63,808 nt of DNA, filler included, from Nemertoderma westbladi (GCA_032718475.1; 3 parts of 3 records of this genome joined end to end with filler, not necessarily neighbours in it), one strand, 5' to 3'; counted from the whole stretch's first letter, positions 48,990-62,895 are shown. Translations and numbers: made by a program. Notes: generated by a model not told the origin, from the sequence alone.

Positions 48990-49275
48990 ACCCCACGCAA
49001 ATTCAACTTGGAAAATTTCTAAACTTTTGCCAGACTACATATGTTCCAAGTTTGATATATTTTATCGAGATTTGGCTGAGTTATTAACGTTTAAAATTGG
49101 ACACAACAGATCAACAGAGCAACAGAACAACAGAGCAACAGACACACCGATTGAGTTAGTGGTACCTGTATGCTAAGCTCGCTTACTTTCGTCGCTCGCC
49201 CCACAACAGACACACCGATTGAGTTAGTGGTACCTGTATGCTAAGCTCGCTTACTTTCGTCGCTCGCACCACACT
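48990..49275. mobile_element. Possible Helitron/Helentron-type non-autonomous end with duplicated ~67-bp terminus
   Basis: ACAG-like microsatellite then ACAGACACACCGATTGAGTTAGTGGTACCTGTATGCTAAGCTCGCTTACTTTCGTCGCTCGC twice. Confidence 0.35.
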
Positions 49276-52177
49276 CAACCATCTAGTTTATTGATAGCAA
49301 TAGTTTTTATATGCAATGCACCATGTGTCTATGTTTCTCATTTCATTTATGCATTTCATAAGAAACAGTAAATATAATTTATTAATATGTTAAGTGAAGC
49401 GTATCGGTTTGTGTTGTTTCGTTGGGTGTAAGTTAGAAATCCATAACCCACCGAATGAATAATATAGTAAACATGGATTGCTGAATGTTCCATTAAGTTA
49501 TTATTGTCATGTGTTGCTTAGATACTATTTCTAACTGTGGAATAGATGCTGATTATAATAAGCATTTCCGCCAAGTCGAATTGAAGGAAGTGAAATTAAA
49601 AAAAACCCTTCGCTGCCTTAAGAGATAACCTGAATGAATTCAATAAAAAGTTTATGTAAGCTTGGAATCAATCATTCAGCCATGGCAACCAAAATAAAAC
49701 AAATTAATAATGACGGCATTCAAGTGTATCAGCATAATGCACCCATATATACCAATGTATATCAAAGGAAAAGCATTTATATGGAAATAATAAATGTTTT
49801 TATGTACTATGTGCAGATAATTGTAAATTATATGTTATTATTTGCGATGAAATGGGTACAATTTTAGATAAAGCTAATTTTAGGGCGGTTTATTTATTTA
49901 TTTTCATTATCTTTATCTTATTTGAGGTACAAATGACGGAATTTGTTTTGCCGGCCTTTTGATACTATTCTGTGTTGGCTGTATTAATCTTATTGGAATA
50001 CAATTTGTTGTTGTATAATTTGTATATGACAAAGGCGACAAATGTTTGAGCTGCTAAATCTTTATACATATCAATAGATTACTGAGCCAAATATAAATTG
50101 ATTTTATGATATTCAAACTGTCGTCAATAATGCGAACATTTTTGCATTTCGACAGAGAGGCAAAATTGTATACATTTTGAACTTGTTACATACATTTAGC
50201 AAAATTTGATTATTGATTGTCCCCACCCAGCAAATAAGGCTAAAGAAGTGCACATTGTTTGTTTCTTGATGTAGAGTTAAAAAAACATATAAATAAAATA
50301 CAAATAAAATGTTTGTTGAAATAATTTGTTGTCCATAATCATAAAAAAACAAATAGTAATATTAATAATTCCTTTGTGCCTAATTCTTTTTCCGCAACCG
50401 GAACCGCGGACTCTAATAACTTCGGTTAAGCTTCTCAACCGAAATCGTTTTGTAATATTACAATTTTGGAATAAAATACAACAAATACGAGCTGTAAGTG
50501 TTGTGATTCTCGTGGCTTTATTTCCATTCTCCTACTCTGTTCGTTCGTGCATCAAATCAACATCTCGTTATACAATTTATATAAAAATGAAATAAAATTT
50601 AAAGAAATTAGAGAAAATGGCGCAAAGAAAATACAAAAATACAAAAGGGCAACATGCATATGGAATTGCTATGATGATGTATATACGATGGTTATGGATG
50701 TGACTATGTTATGGAGGAGTTAGCTAGCTAGGGTTGGTAACTCAGTAGCTGCAAGGATGTCAAAGCAGCTCTAAGTGGGTATATTCCTTATCATCGGCCG
50801 ACACTGTGATGCACGAAAGAAATACACTCGCATCACAGCATCGTCTCCTTAGCACAGGTTTTAGTGCGAGCCGTTTGATTAGTTGTTTGGCTTGAATTCT
50901 AATGAGACAACGGGGTTAATGATATTGGTATCACAACTATATATAAATTGATTTACATAATTTTGGGTGCCATTACTCCGTAAATTTGTCTTTCAAACTT
51001 TAAGAAAAATAATATTATTTTACACTATAAGAGCTTTTCAATTATATTTTGTATTTAGTTACGAATGAATATACATCAGAAGGTATGCTTGAGCTTGACA
51101 TGTCCTATTTATCTCATTATTACACTTAACGAGCCTACACGAACATCAGACACAAAAACTATATAATGAACGAATGCAATTCATGCATGTTCCATAAAGT
51201 TATCTCTGTAATATATAGTGCTGCATTTTTGCCATCCTTTTTTAAAATTTGTGCATTGCAAAAATTCCTGCTTTGTATGAAATAATTTAAATCGCATGCA
51301 TGGTAAATATTATAATTACTGACCCCCCCCCCCCCCCCCCCCACCCCTCTTTTATTTATTACAAATTGTATGAAATCGGCCGATCGCATGTGTAAGAGGA
51401 TCTCATAATAATAAGATTGCACGCAGATATTACATTATCTGATCGTTCACGGATTTGAAATTTCGTTTAGGGACATGGGCGTTTGAATTATTTGACACGA
51501 AAATCTGACATTAGACATTGGAATATTTCCACTGTGTTAACCCGTTTCGGGGATTAACTAACTCACAGAAGATTTCAAATCTCTTCGAGGTCTTAATAGT
51601 TTATTAAGGGCCACTAAACCATCGCTCTTCTCGGCTTTTAAAATTCGGATGAGTTTGAACTTATGTGGAGAGATAACAAGAAAAACATTTTACTTTCAAC
51701 TTTTACTTTTAGTTCAGGGTGTCCTGTAAAATTTGATGGGATTTCATTTTTGAATAGCTCACCGAAATATATCACAAGAAGTATTATTAACGCAGGTATC
51801 AATTGAAATAGTTTTAGCATCTTTTGAAAGACAGTAACTGTAATTTGTGTGTTTGATGTATTGGATTGTTTGTTGTAAAATTAATTGTATGTAGATAATG
51901 TGCGAAAATAATGTGACTTCTTTTTCGTTAGATAATCGGTTAATTCGTTTTACACTACCTGTACTCAACTTATCAGCTTATTAGAATAATCATTATTCTA
52001 ATTCATTTTATTAAAGAATTCATTTTTTCCGCTCCATTTGCTATAGAGTTGGATCATCCTTAGTCCTGTTTAATTACTTATTAATTTATTCTGATAATAT
52101 TTGATTAATTTAACTTTGACTTGTATAAATTATACATTTGTAATTATAAATTATAAAAAATTAGCCATTATTTATAG

Positions 52178-52382
52178 CAACCACAGTCAATGCTAATGAT
52201 GACAGCTCAGCAGTTTCCCCCTCCAGGCCAGCCGATCCAAGGCCAACAGTATCCCCCTGGCCAACCTCAGCAGCAACAGTGGATGGCCATACCACAAGCT
52301 ATTCCTGGGTGCCCCGCTGGTCTCGAATATCTGACACAGATTGATCAAATACTGGTACACCAGGTGGTCGAACTATTGGAAG
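52178..52382 (+). CDS. PLSCR: Phospholipid scramblase exon
   Basis: TTTATAG acceptor; [34 protein letters not shown], the conserved scramblase start; G|GTGAGT donor. Confidence 0.92.
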
Positions 52383-53282
52383 GTGAGTTAGCAACACCTT
52401 GACATAATATCCTGTCATAAAGTCGAACCAAAAACATTACTACTTTACCTGGGGATGTTCCGTAAAATGTGATAGTTTTTTTTAAATACATTTTTGAGAA
52501 ATGTAAAGAAAAATCACCAATTTGCAATTTTAAAATGTATTAAAATAACAAGAACTTTGATTGTGGTCGGTATGTAATGTTTTAGTTGCTATGGAAACAT
52601 TGATGGTTACGAAATGTCGCTGAAAAATTTATAGGTTTTCCTGGAAAATTGATACAATTTCAGTGAATATTTGCGGAACTTAATCCTGACAATACTTATT
52701 TGAATACGAATTACCTTTTAAAGTGTTAAATTTCATGCCGATGTAGTAAAATCGATAAGCCGATCTCAGGTACCGGTATTACAAGAGATATCCACATTTA
52801 TATTTTCCATTATTGCATGTAATCCCGCATTTCTTCCAGTTATTGAGTACTACTCCTCCTGCCCTTGTGACAGGTTTTTACTTTAATTACTTCAGTAATG
52901 CACATTAGTTTGGCTTGCTATTCAATCTGCATCCATGATCCAACCATCACCATTCTGGCTCTATTTCAAGGCTGCGCCGTGACAGATTCGATTGATTAAT
53001 TGAATCGATTCTCATCCCTGCAGATGGATATCTGGCTTCCGCTGGTGGAGAAAAGAAAATGGTTTGATATTACATTGGCAGTTTTAACCTTGGGTGTATG
53101 AGTGGTACCCCACCATGTGTAAATTAACAGGTAACTGCCTTCTGCAACCGAACTTGGTGGCATGTGTTACTACATTATGTATAATATTTAACAACCACTC
53201 TAATTTACTCGTCAACGAGATGGTAACGCAATAATAATAATAATATAAGATAATGTTCAATTACATTCTGTTCTGATTTCAG

Positions 53283-53437
53283 CCTTCACGGGATGGGAAA
53301 CTGCCAACCGGTATGCCATAAAGAATACAATGGGACAGCAGGTCTATTATGCATTTGAAGATTCAGACGTTTGCATGCGTCAGTGCTGTGGCCCGAATCG
53401 TGGGTTTAGCATTCATATTGTGGACAATATGAACAGA
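53283..53437 (+). CDS. PLSCR: Phospholipid scramblase exon; downstream exons not found before the gap
   Basis: TTTCAG acceptor phase-compatible with previous exon; AFTGWETANRYAIKNTMGQQVYYAFEDSDVCMRQCCGPNRGFSIHIVDNMNR; GTAAGT donor. Confidence 0.92.
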
Positions 53438-54558
53438 GTAAGTAAATGTTACTAGTTTAGAATGCAGCTCACGCTATGAATGCTGGCATAATGGATTTTT
53501 TTGTCTCTTTAAACCTTCATCCTTGTATGAAAAGCCTTTTGAAGTTGGCTCCTGTGCAACGTGTAGATGTGATTGCAGGAGTTTTCGTACACATGATAAT
53601 CCGTGCCATTTTGTATTCTGAGTTGATATTTACCTTTATGTTTCTTTGCCCTTCTTCATCTTTTTATATTGATATTATTTTAAAGTTTTTAGATTGTTTA
53701 GTATTCGGTGCGATTGTAAGCCTACTTAGAAAATAAAATGAGTAAATCATTATTGTAATAGATGTTTAATTTATTAATTGGTACGGCTATTTCAAAAAGG
53801 GCCTATCCGGAAAAAAATTTGAAATTCTCTCTAAAATGAACTTTACACTAAAACTAATAAATCCATTGTGCTTCATCTCCAAACCGTCACATTTTTACAC
53901 TCAATTGTGAATTTTTACAGATAAGCTCTTTTTGAAACCAACAACCCAAAAGCATTATATTCAATGCACTATAGTATAGATGAACAATTTAGTACTATAT
54001 TGTTAATTAAAGTTAATTTTAGATGGGAGGCAGTTTGTTTGGTTGATGCAAGTCCTTCTTGGTTTGCATCTTCCAATCCCATCTGTTTTTACATGCTCGT
54101 TACGGCGGCGGCGACAGAATCCATATACTGGGAGGTCAGCCTCGGGGCCGCTCAGTATACGTGCAGGTTGGGGGTGCCGGCGGTACGCGAGTACACACCA
54201 CCTTCATGCCATACCTGGCCCGGGTATGGTCATTATGGTCTTGGGTCAGAGGTCGCGCATACGTTGACCACCACTGTTGCACACACGGATGACTATTGAC
54301 ACACACTCACACCTAATACACGACTAACACAGGCATACAAGACGGCAGATAAACTGTGAGTTATGCATCACCAATGCAACAATATCTTATATTTTATTTA
54401 GGTAATTCTCGCTGAAATTATTATTTATATTGCATGACGTAAAAACCAACCTTTCTAATCTATTTGTTGATTTTCATTCAGTCTAGTATATTACGATATA
54501 ATTAGACATGTTTATGGTATCCTGTCAGATCAATGGATCAATCTAACCTGGTGAATTG

Positions 54559-55345
54559 TTAATAGCGAACAACATATTTAACATCAGAATGCATGTGTTG
54601 GTGTGGGGATTCCTTGTACTTAAACCGAGAGTCTATTTTGGTAGAAGGAACAAATATTAACTTGAGATCTACATGGTTAAAGGCAAAAGAAACAAGTTTA
54701 GCTAATTTGGAACGTAGTCTGTAGCCGTGATCCCCAGTAAATGGTAACACCAACCTCCAACATGAGAGGTCTTTTGGGAACAGTAGTTATTGCGTTGGAT
54801 TTTCTATAAAATTGTTGTAGTACAGTCCTAGTAACTTTTTCCATGAGTGTGGTCGGGTAGCCATTGTGCTTCAAAATATCGCGTAATTTTTCCAGTTCTG
54901 AGTGGAATAAACTGTAAGAACTACAGATTTTGAATACGCGGAATATGAGACAGGACGGAATGAAGCTACAGTAACTACTGTACTGTAGAGACCGGTGAAA
55001 GTGGGTTTGCGGTAAATAGTTGTAGTAAATTCATGTGTATCAGTATGAGTAATTAGGACGTCTAGAAATGATAAAGTAGGCCTACAGTTGTTTTCAGTTT
55101 CACTAGAAAAGATTATGTTAGGGTGTTTGCTGTTTAGATATTTTAGGAACGATTTTGCTTGTGCACTAGTTTCAAATACAAGAAAAGTATCATCCACATA
55201 GCGTCTATAGAAAGTCGGTATGATAGACTCAGGGCAATCCCTTAGCCAGAGCGAGTCGTACAGTAGTAACTAAGAAAGGCATCGGCTAATGTAGGGCCAA
55301 AAGGAGATCTCATTGCTACACCATCTATCTGTTTCTACAGCTTGC
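54559..55345 (-). mobile_element. Penelope-like retroelement, degenerate RT fragment
   Basis: QIDGVAM..SP.GP.LADAF, FYRRYVDDTFLVF, LNSKHPNIIF, FLDVLIT, YRKPTFTGLY, LPFTG. Confidence 0.85.
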
Positions 55346-56336
55346 CATTAAAGTGTGTGTGTATATTTTTTATTGCCCTTACGCCTGACTTAAACAGGAC
55401 TCTTATAGAACTTACCTCCTAAGCCCGAGCTACAATAACCCCATCGCCAAGACCCCGGAGTCAAACCAGCAACCTTAAATTCAATATCCAAGAACAGAAT
55501 CCCATTTAGTAAGCATAGGCCTCTACCCTATAAATCTCAGACAGACCCTGTGATAAAATGTGAAGATAACTTACATAATGTTAATAAACCTCATACTGCC
55601 ATAACCAACGCATGTGTTTTCCATGAATATATATTGTTACACGATATGGCACTACTTACACTTTAGCCAGACCACTACGTCCTAATCGACATACTTTATA
55701 ACACTGAACGTATAAGTATAAGTAAACCATAGTTATTCAACCCCCCCCCCCCCCCCCCCCCCCCCCCACCAAATTCATTGCTTCCACTAATGCTATATTT
55801 AATTTTTTAACAGGAAACCAAGCAATGCATTAACTTATGAAAACATTAAATTAATTTTCATATGATTTCTTTTGCAGCCATTCTGGCCAATCATAAGAAT
55901 TATCTGTATAACTTTCACACACACAATGACAGGACTCGGTCAACTGTGTGCAACCTTGTCGGATTCTGGAATGACTTATCCTCCCAGATAAGATCATCTC
56001 TGGATCTCTAATTCCTACGAATTAGGGAACCGTTAATTATGAATGAATGAATGTGCCAGATAGTGATTCAATAAGATTACACTTGATGAAGCAACATGGA
56101 CGGTGATGTATGCTTTTCTTTGGACATTCGCATAGAATGGCTTAGATAGGATTTTGTCGGCGGGTAGAGCATAAAAAACAGCAAAAAAAATATGATTTAA
56201 TCAAATTTGTCGTTTAGGCACTTTTCTTACTCACCTTTCAATTATGTTTGATAGTCTCTTGTATAATTTATTCGATCTCGCTTTAACATTGTCCGTCTTC
56301 CAGTCATTCATTATATTCTGATCGCATCATTTCAAA

Positions 56337-56436
56337 NNNNNNNNNNNNNNNNNNNNNNNNNNNNNNNNNNNNNNNNNNNNTTAATTAATTAANNNNNNNN
56401 NNNNNNNNNNNNNNNNNNNNNNNNNNNNNNNNNNNN
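56337..56436. other. Artificial assembly spacer (contig join)
   Basis: N44-TTAATTAATTAA-N44, identical to the first spacer. Confidence 0.95.
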
Positions 56437-56492
56437 AATCACGTCAATAGAACAATTAAAATCAACATTAAACAAATCATTTGGTAACTCAC

Positions 56493-59400
56493 CTTCATAC
56501 CCTTCCTGTCAACCTCAATGTTATGCCAGTTACCATCGTTCACGGCTCTAGAGTTCCGCACCCGAACAACCCTCCGCATACTCCCTAACGAGACGTGCAA
56601 CTCGGGACGTCCATCGACCAAGGACAACGCGAGAAAGTCTCCCCTCTGTAGTGGATCCAACCCCTTGTTCTGGTCCTCACGATACCCATCGTTCGCTCCG
56701 ATATGCGCCAACAAGCCCTTGGGTTCCGTCGTCTTTACGTACATTGACAACAAAGTGTCGCGCGCGCTAGTCACTAGTCTAGGTGGATTACGAATCTTAA
56801 CCCAAGTGCCTTTCTTAAACTCCACAGCCATTTTCATGTAAGACGCCTTGTCTCTAGCCATGGCAACCTTTTCTCTAATGCTTGCTAATAAATCATCGAG
56901 TTTCTCTTGTGTCTCCTGTATGTTTTCCGATGCGTCTTTTATTGTTCCAACTAAACCTATCATGTTTGGTATTGTGTTGTTAATTCTGTTGAAGATACGT
57001 TTAACCTCATCTGTGTGATCTTCGGCCGTGCGGGACTCTTGTCTTGCCTTGTCGGCGCTGCCTTTAACGCCATCGACTCGGGATTCCAACGCATCAATCT
57101 TGGCTTGGGCCGGAGTAATCATTGAGGTAATTACAGGAGCCGTTGCCTCGATCTCATTGATGGTAATCCGGGTTGCATTCGCCTTGGATTCCGTTTCCGT
57201 CAAGATCCTCTGTATCGTTTCTACAGTCCTGTTGGCCTCATTAAGTCCACTAATCAAACTCTGTGTATAGCCATCGACGGACTCAGTGATGAATTTAAGT
57301 TGCGATACGAAGTTAAACTTAATAATGGTAGAATTGAGAACTTCCCGTAATTCCTTTAATGCTTCAGGTGCATTTTTGGAAACCTCATCAGACTTTAGAG
57401 TTACTACTTTGGCATTTTCCTTCGCTGCATTAGCTGCGGCTTCAGCTTCTGTTATGGCTTTAATGATGTTCTCATAAGCCTTGGCAGCTTTGGTCGCATT
57501 CTCTGCAAACTTGTTGGTGTCACGCACAATATCAGCTAAGTCGTCACTTCTATTTTTCAGCAATATAGCATGATTCCTGCTTCTATTTGTAAGGTCTTCG
57601 AAATATTCAGTTTCATTTTTTATTTTATTTATGTGTCGTTCGATAAAATTTTTGTTCAAAATTTTAATCCCGTTCACAGTACTTGATATATTTGCCAATA
57701 TCGAGACATTCAACTCTGTAAGTTTTTCCTGACTTAGTTTAATAAGTCTTTTCCCATCAGAAATATTTCTTTTTATCATGACAGACAACTGTCCTGCCTT
57801 ACTCATAGTGGCATTATATGGTAAATCTGAGTAATTATTAATTTTTTGTTCTAAAACTTCAACACGTTCTGAGCTATTGGTGATAGACGCATCAAGTTCA
57901 AGGAATAATCCATGGAAGCGATCAATTTCAATCGTGTAATTTTTTGTGGTTTCTATAATCTGTGTCAAATTCATAGTAACATTTAGAACTCGTTCGTAGA
58001 GTTTAATTGACTTGTTTTCATCCTCCTCTGCAAGAACTTTATGTGCAGAAAAATTGGTGGCCGCAATGTGTTCCAACGTTTCGTTCGCCAGAGCAAGAGC
58101 ATTGGAGAAGCTATCATTAGAAACGCTTTCCAGAAGTGACTTTGTTTGTATAATAAAGGCAACAGTTGTATTAACCTCATAATAAAGATTGTTCACATCA
58201 ACTTCAATTTCGGAAATATCTGAATTTAAATCCACCAGCTGCTCATTTAATTTCTCCAAACTTTCTGAAGAATCACTGACCTCTGTTTCAATGTTCTCAA
58301 CATTTTTCTTTGCGTTCTTCAGAACATCTGAGCCAAGAAATTTTGAAGATTCGTTGAGGGTTAAATTGATATGCGAGTAATTTGATTGGAGTTCTTCTAA
58401 GTCATCCTTAATCGATGCCATCCGGACCCGAGCTCTTGCTTCACTGTTTGAATCTTCCATATTTCGGAACGCCTCCGAGGCGTTGTCATAGATGACATCG
58501 ATGTTATCAACAAGCTCGTGGATACACTCATCGCATTCCTCACATTCCCCATCGTCATTTACGATCTCGCGTTCGTTGCACTGTTTCATACAGGCGCCAT
58601 CCAAAATGCTACACGGCCGGTTAAGATTGCACTGACAGGGGCGGCAGCCGTCATAGGAGAACCCGTGGTGCCTGAGAAGACAACTATCACATCTGCGCCC
58701 CCCAACACCCGGGGCGCAATCGCATTGACCAGTTGTGTTATGGCAACCTGTCGTCGCAATTCCAATGGGGTCGCAATCGCACATACTGCACCCCCTACAA
58801 GTCGTGAACCCAAAAGCGCCATCCACGCATCGGTCGCAAAACTGCCCCTCAACATTACCGAAACATTCGCAACTTCCAGTAATCTTATCACAAACCCCAC
58901 CGCACACGTCACATGGACACGGCTGACACTGTTGACCTGCAACGGGGTCACCAAAGGTTCCTGGGCGACAGGTCTCACAGTGGTCCCCGGCAGTGTCGAA
59001 GCCGCACCTGGTACAGACACCAGTCTCCGAGTCGCACATCGGTTCCACATTGGTTACATCCTCAAAGCCACTGCAGTCACACGATTCGCATTCCCCGGTA
59101 TCCGCGTCGCCATAGTGATTGGGTGCGCAGTACTCGCATCTGGCTCCTTGGTACCCTGGCATGCACTCACAGGATGCTATCTCGCCCGTGGTTGAATCGG
59201 CAGTGCACGTCTCAGCATGGTTGTTGTTGTCAGATGGACATTGGCATGCGAGACAACCGCCACTGTCTCCTCTGTAGAAACCTACAGCACACTCCCTGCA
59301 GTGATCGCCTCCAGTATTACGCCGACAGTCGCGACAGACTCCAGTCTGTGGGTCGCAGTCATTGGGTGACCCCCCGCAGTCGCAAGCGATACATCGTTTG

Positions 59401-62376
59401 CCGCTGGAAACATCTGGAACCATGTAGTAACCCGCGCCGCATACATGGCAGGATAAACCCTCAAAGTTGCTCCCACACCCCAGACACTGCTCCACAGTGC
59501 CGACAGCCCCGCGGTTCCTATTAGTTGGGGTTGCTGTATCCATGGTAACATTAGCCAACGTCAAGTCGCCACTAATCTGTTCCTGGAATGAGGCGCGAAT
59601 CTTTAAATATTTCAGATTAACCAAAGTTTTTAACAATTGGAAGCGAGTAGCTAGAGCTCCTGAGACCATGAAATTTTTCTCAATGAGTTTCACTTTGATG
59701 CTAACAATCTGATTGTGAACAACTTCGTCCATATCAAAATAGTGGTTTAAGGAAATCCCATCACCTTCAAGAATAATGCCTGGGTGGTTGGTCGTTGATT
59801 GGTTAGCAAGTCCGACAAATTTGAAATCAAAAACAATGTTCCCACCATAGGAGGCCACTTTGTCACCAATATATTCTTCTGGCGCCAACCAATACAAAGG
59901 CAGTGGGCGAACTGGAGTGGGTTGATTTACTCGGAGAATCACGTGATTCCATCTGTCGCCCCGGGCCAAGCTTGATCCATGTGGTATGCCGCTGATGTTC
60001 CAGTTAGCCATGTCGGTAACGGCATCCCGGTAGAGTTTCGCGGATTGACAACGGTTCGATGCACCGGAGCAGTAGCACTCCAGACATCCGAGTTCCTGCG
60101 TGGGTCGGCCATTATCCGGACCAAAGGCGTTCACATCGCAGACGTCGCAAGTTGCACCAGTCACGTTGGGTTTACACTTACAGGCTCCCGAGCGTTTGTC
60201 GCAGACATCAGGCAGTGTGCCAGCAGCGCTACACACGCAGGTGACGCATCTGGGCCAGTTGTACCTCCCATCCACACAGATGTCGCATCTCCGGCCTTCC
60301 ACACCCCGTTTACATTCGCAGTTTCCGGTCTCGGAGTTACACGTTGTCCGACCACCCATTGTCCCCGCGGTTGAACACTCGCAAGGGAGGCATCCACTCA
60401 CCGCATTGTAACCATAGAAACCAGGCTTACACCGATTACACTCGAGTCCCTCAACATTGTCAGGACATACGCAAACACCAGCATCATTGCAGACCCCACG
60501 CCCACATCGGCACTTCTTGCACTCTGGGAACCCGTAGTACCCATTAGCACATCGCTCACACTGCCGCCCAATCACAAACGGCTTACAAACGCAATTGCCG
60601 CCTATTGGGTCGCATACTTGCTCCAAGGATCCCTGCAAGTCGCATAGACATGGTTTAGCTCCGTCATTAAATGCTGCATTCAGGGAGAATACAGAGCTGC
60701 GACAGACTTCCATAAGATCTAAGTCAGAGTTTACTACACCTAAGTTAAATGAATCACGACAATCTTTCAAGAATGATGTAGAACTATCAACATGATCTGC
60801 GGTTATAATATCTTCAGTTGACTCAGCCACATCCACAGCGAACACCGACTCCACCTTCAACCGGCCTCCTCTGGGAACCTCCAGGTAAATTGTCTCCTGC
60901 TTCCTCCCTGTCCTCAAGACAACCGGCTCCCCAGTGTCCGTGGTGATGTAGGATCGACAGCTCACACTGAGGGGGCACTGGGTTGCGCGGAACCCGGTAC
61001 TCGTGTCGACGTAAGGTCCGAGGATGGTTGCCACAACTGAGTGATTGCCCCCAGTCCCACTGATGTGCCGCGGATGGGAGTACTGGACCACAACACGGTA
61101 GTCAGTCTCCCCATCTCGGTCGGAACTCAACACCGCAGTTATTGTGGTACTATTGGCTCGCAGGATAAAATTTCGCCTTGTTTCTACCGGAGGGTATGAG
61201 TGTTCGCGGCATACAAATTGTCCGCTTGATTTCGCTTCGGCAACACAGACCAAAGACATTCTCATCACCATTGGGTGCCACTGCTCCAATGGGATGAAAG
61301 CCACACTGTAGACGCCAAGGTTTGTGTCCGGGTTAGAGTTGATAATAAACGTCCCAATCCCGCCAGATACATCAAACACAGCAGGAGAATTTGAATCTTT
61401 CATTTGGACGACAGCTCGACACAAAAAGGCAAAGTTACATTCCTCCAGCGTCAACTCTCCCACCCCATAATCAACGGCAGATTCAATCTCAACGTCCAAC
61501 TTATCTAATAGGTTAAGATTATAGTTGCCGTGGTAATCAACAACAACTACATACTTACCAGATGACGATGGATTATCATTAACATTTATGTCCAATCGAA
61601 TAGTAGGTTGCTGGCGAAGTAACTTCGCTAAAGTCCCAACCGTTGAGTTGGGAAGGTAAATAGAATCAACATCGAATGGTCTATCAACTTCATATGGCTT
61701 AATATCGTAAGTGTGACCCGAGATAAGCAGAAACCCGCTCTCGCCGTACACAGGATTAAATGCTTGCCATGGGGAATAGATCAAACACAATCCGGAAGTT
61801 TGTGATAGACGACACGGTTGGGTTACCTTAACGTATCGGAGTCTGCCAGCTGAGTAATATTCTTCGGGAATTAGAACAATGTAATCGAGTAAAACGCCTT
61901 CAACTGCAGATAACGTGATGTTATAAGAACCTGGATAATTGACAATTAATTCATTAGATTCTGATACGGTACTCATTGTTGGGGAAGCGTTGGATATCAA
62001 CCCAATCTTAGCGGTTTGAATGTCGTCGTTGAGACCCTGAGGAGGTCGAAGTTTTACGCTTAAAAAGGATTCCGCGTTGCGATTTACGTATCTCGCGATA
62101 ACTCGATACAGAGTGGATGTCTCGAGGGAGATAGACAATGAGACTTCGGGTTGCCCCGGGTGAATGCGAGTGTAACCGAGGTAGGAGAACCCCGGGAACT
62201 CCTCCTCATCGGAGAACAGATCGACGGAGCGGTTGGAGCTACTCCATCCGTTTTCGGCTTCTATTCGGTAGCGATGCATCGAGGGTAGGAAGTATCCCGG
62301 TTCAACCCGGTCGCACTTCCGCCCCTCAATGTGAGGTCGGCACTCACAGATTCCAGAATCAGAACAATTAGAAGAT
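56493..62376 (-). CDS. LAMA3/5: Laminin alpha chain (alpha-3/5, LanA type), 5884-bp internal exon: LF/L4b region, LE repeats, L4 (laminin B), LE repeats, coiled coil, start of LG1
   Basis: TTTATTTAG acceptor; many 8-Cys LE repeats; LYWLAPEEYIGDKVASYGG; CDECIHEL then heptad region; LG motif DFLALSLVDGRP...VNDGNWHNIEVDR; AAG|GTGAGT donor. Confidence 0.95.
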
Positions 62377-62895
62377 CTAAATAAAAAAATATATTTTTGA
62401 TGGAAAAATTTAAATTAAATTAATTTAATAATAAATAAATTTAACATTATAATGAAACCACTTTTTTTGGAAATCGAATTTTCTGATGGGGTTTCACTAA
62501 GCCAAAACTGATGTGATTACGTCTGTAGATAACGATTTAACTTGAATGAATGAATTATAATTAATAATTATTATAATATTTAATATATATTTTGTTTAAT
62601 TTTTTAAAAATTAAACAAAAGCAAAAGCTGCAAGCCATCTTAGCGAACAATTATAATTATACTATGGCTAGTTATATCATGGCTTCCGACACACACACAC
62701 TGACACACCATTATAATTTAATTATAACAGTTCGCTGAAGACTCGCAGTTTTGACTCGCCGCATAATTAATTACCATATACAATACATTTCCTGAGTGAT
62801 AATAAAATGAGGGGGGGGGGGGGGGGGGGGTAGGTGGGGGGTTGAGCTCCACTAATAATATATAATAAATATAGGTGCCGTTGATAAACACTAAC

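Noticed and set aside
25055-56436. TTAATTAATTAA within N runs as a biological motif, and copies A and B or tubulin-gag as physically linked
   Set aside because: Two identical 100-bp spacers are synthetic contig joins; order and distance across them are unknown
56439-56492. Hydrophobic C-terminus VSYQMICLMLILIVLLT suggesting a membrane-anchored laminin
   Set aside because: It follows a canonical AAG|GTGAGT donor inside LG1, so it is intron read-through
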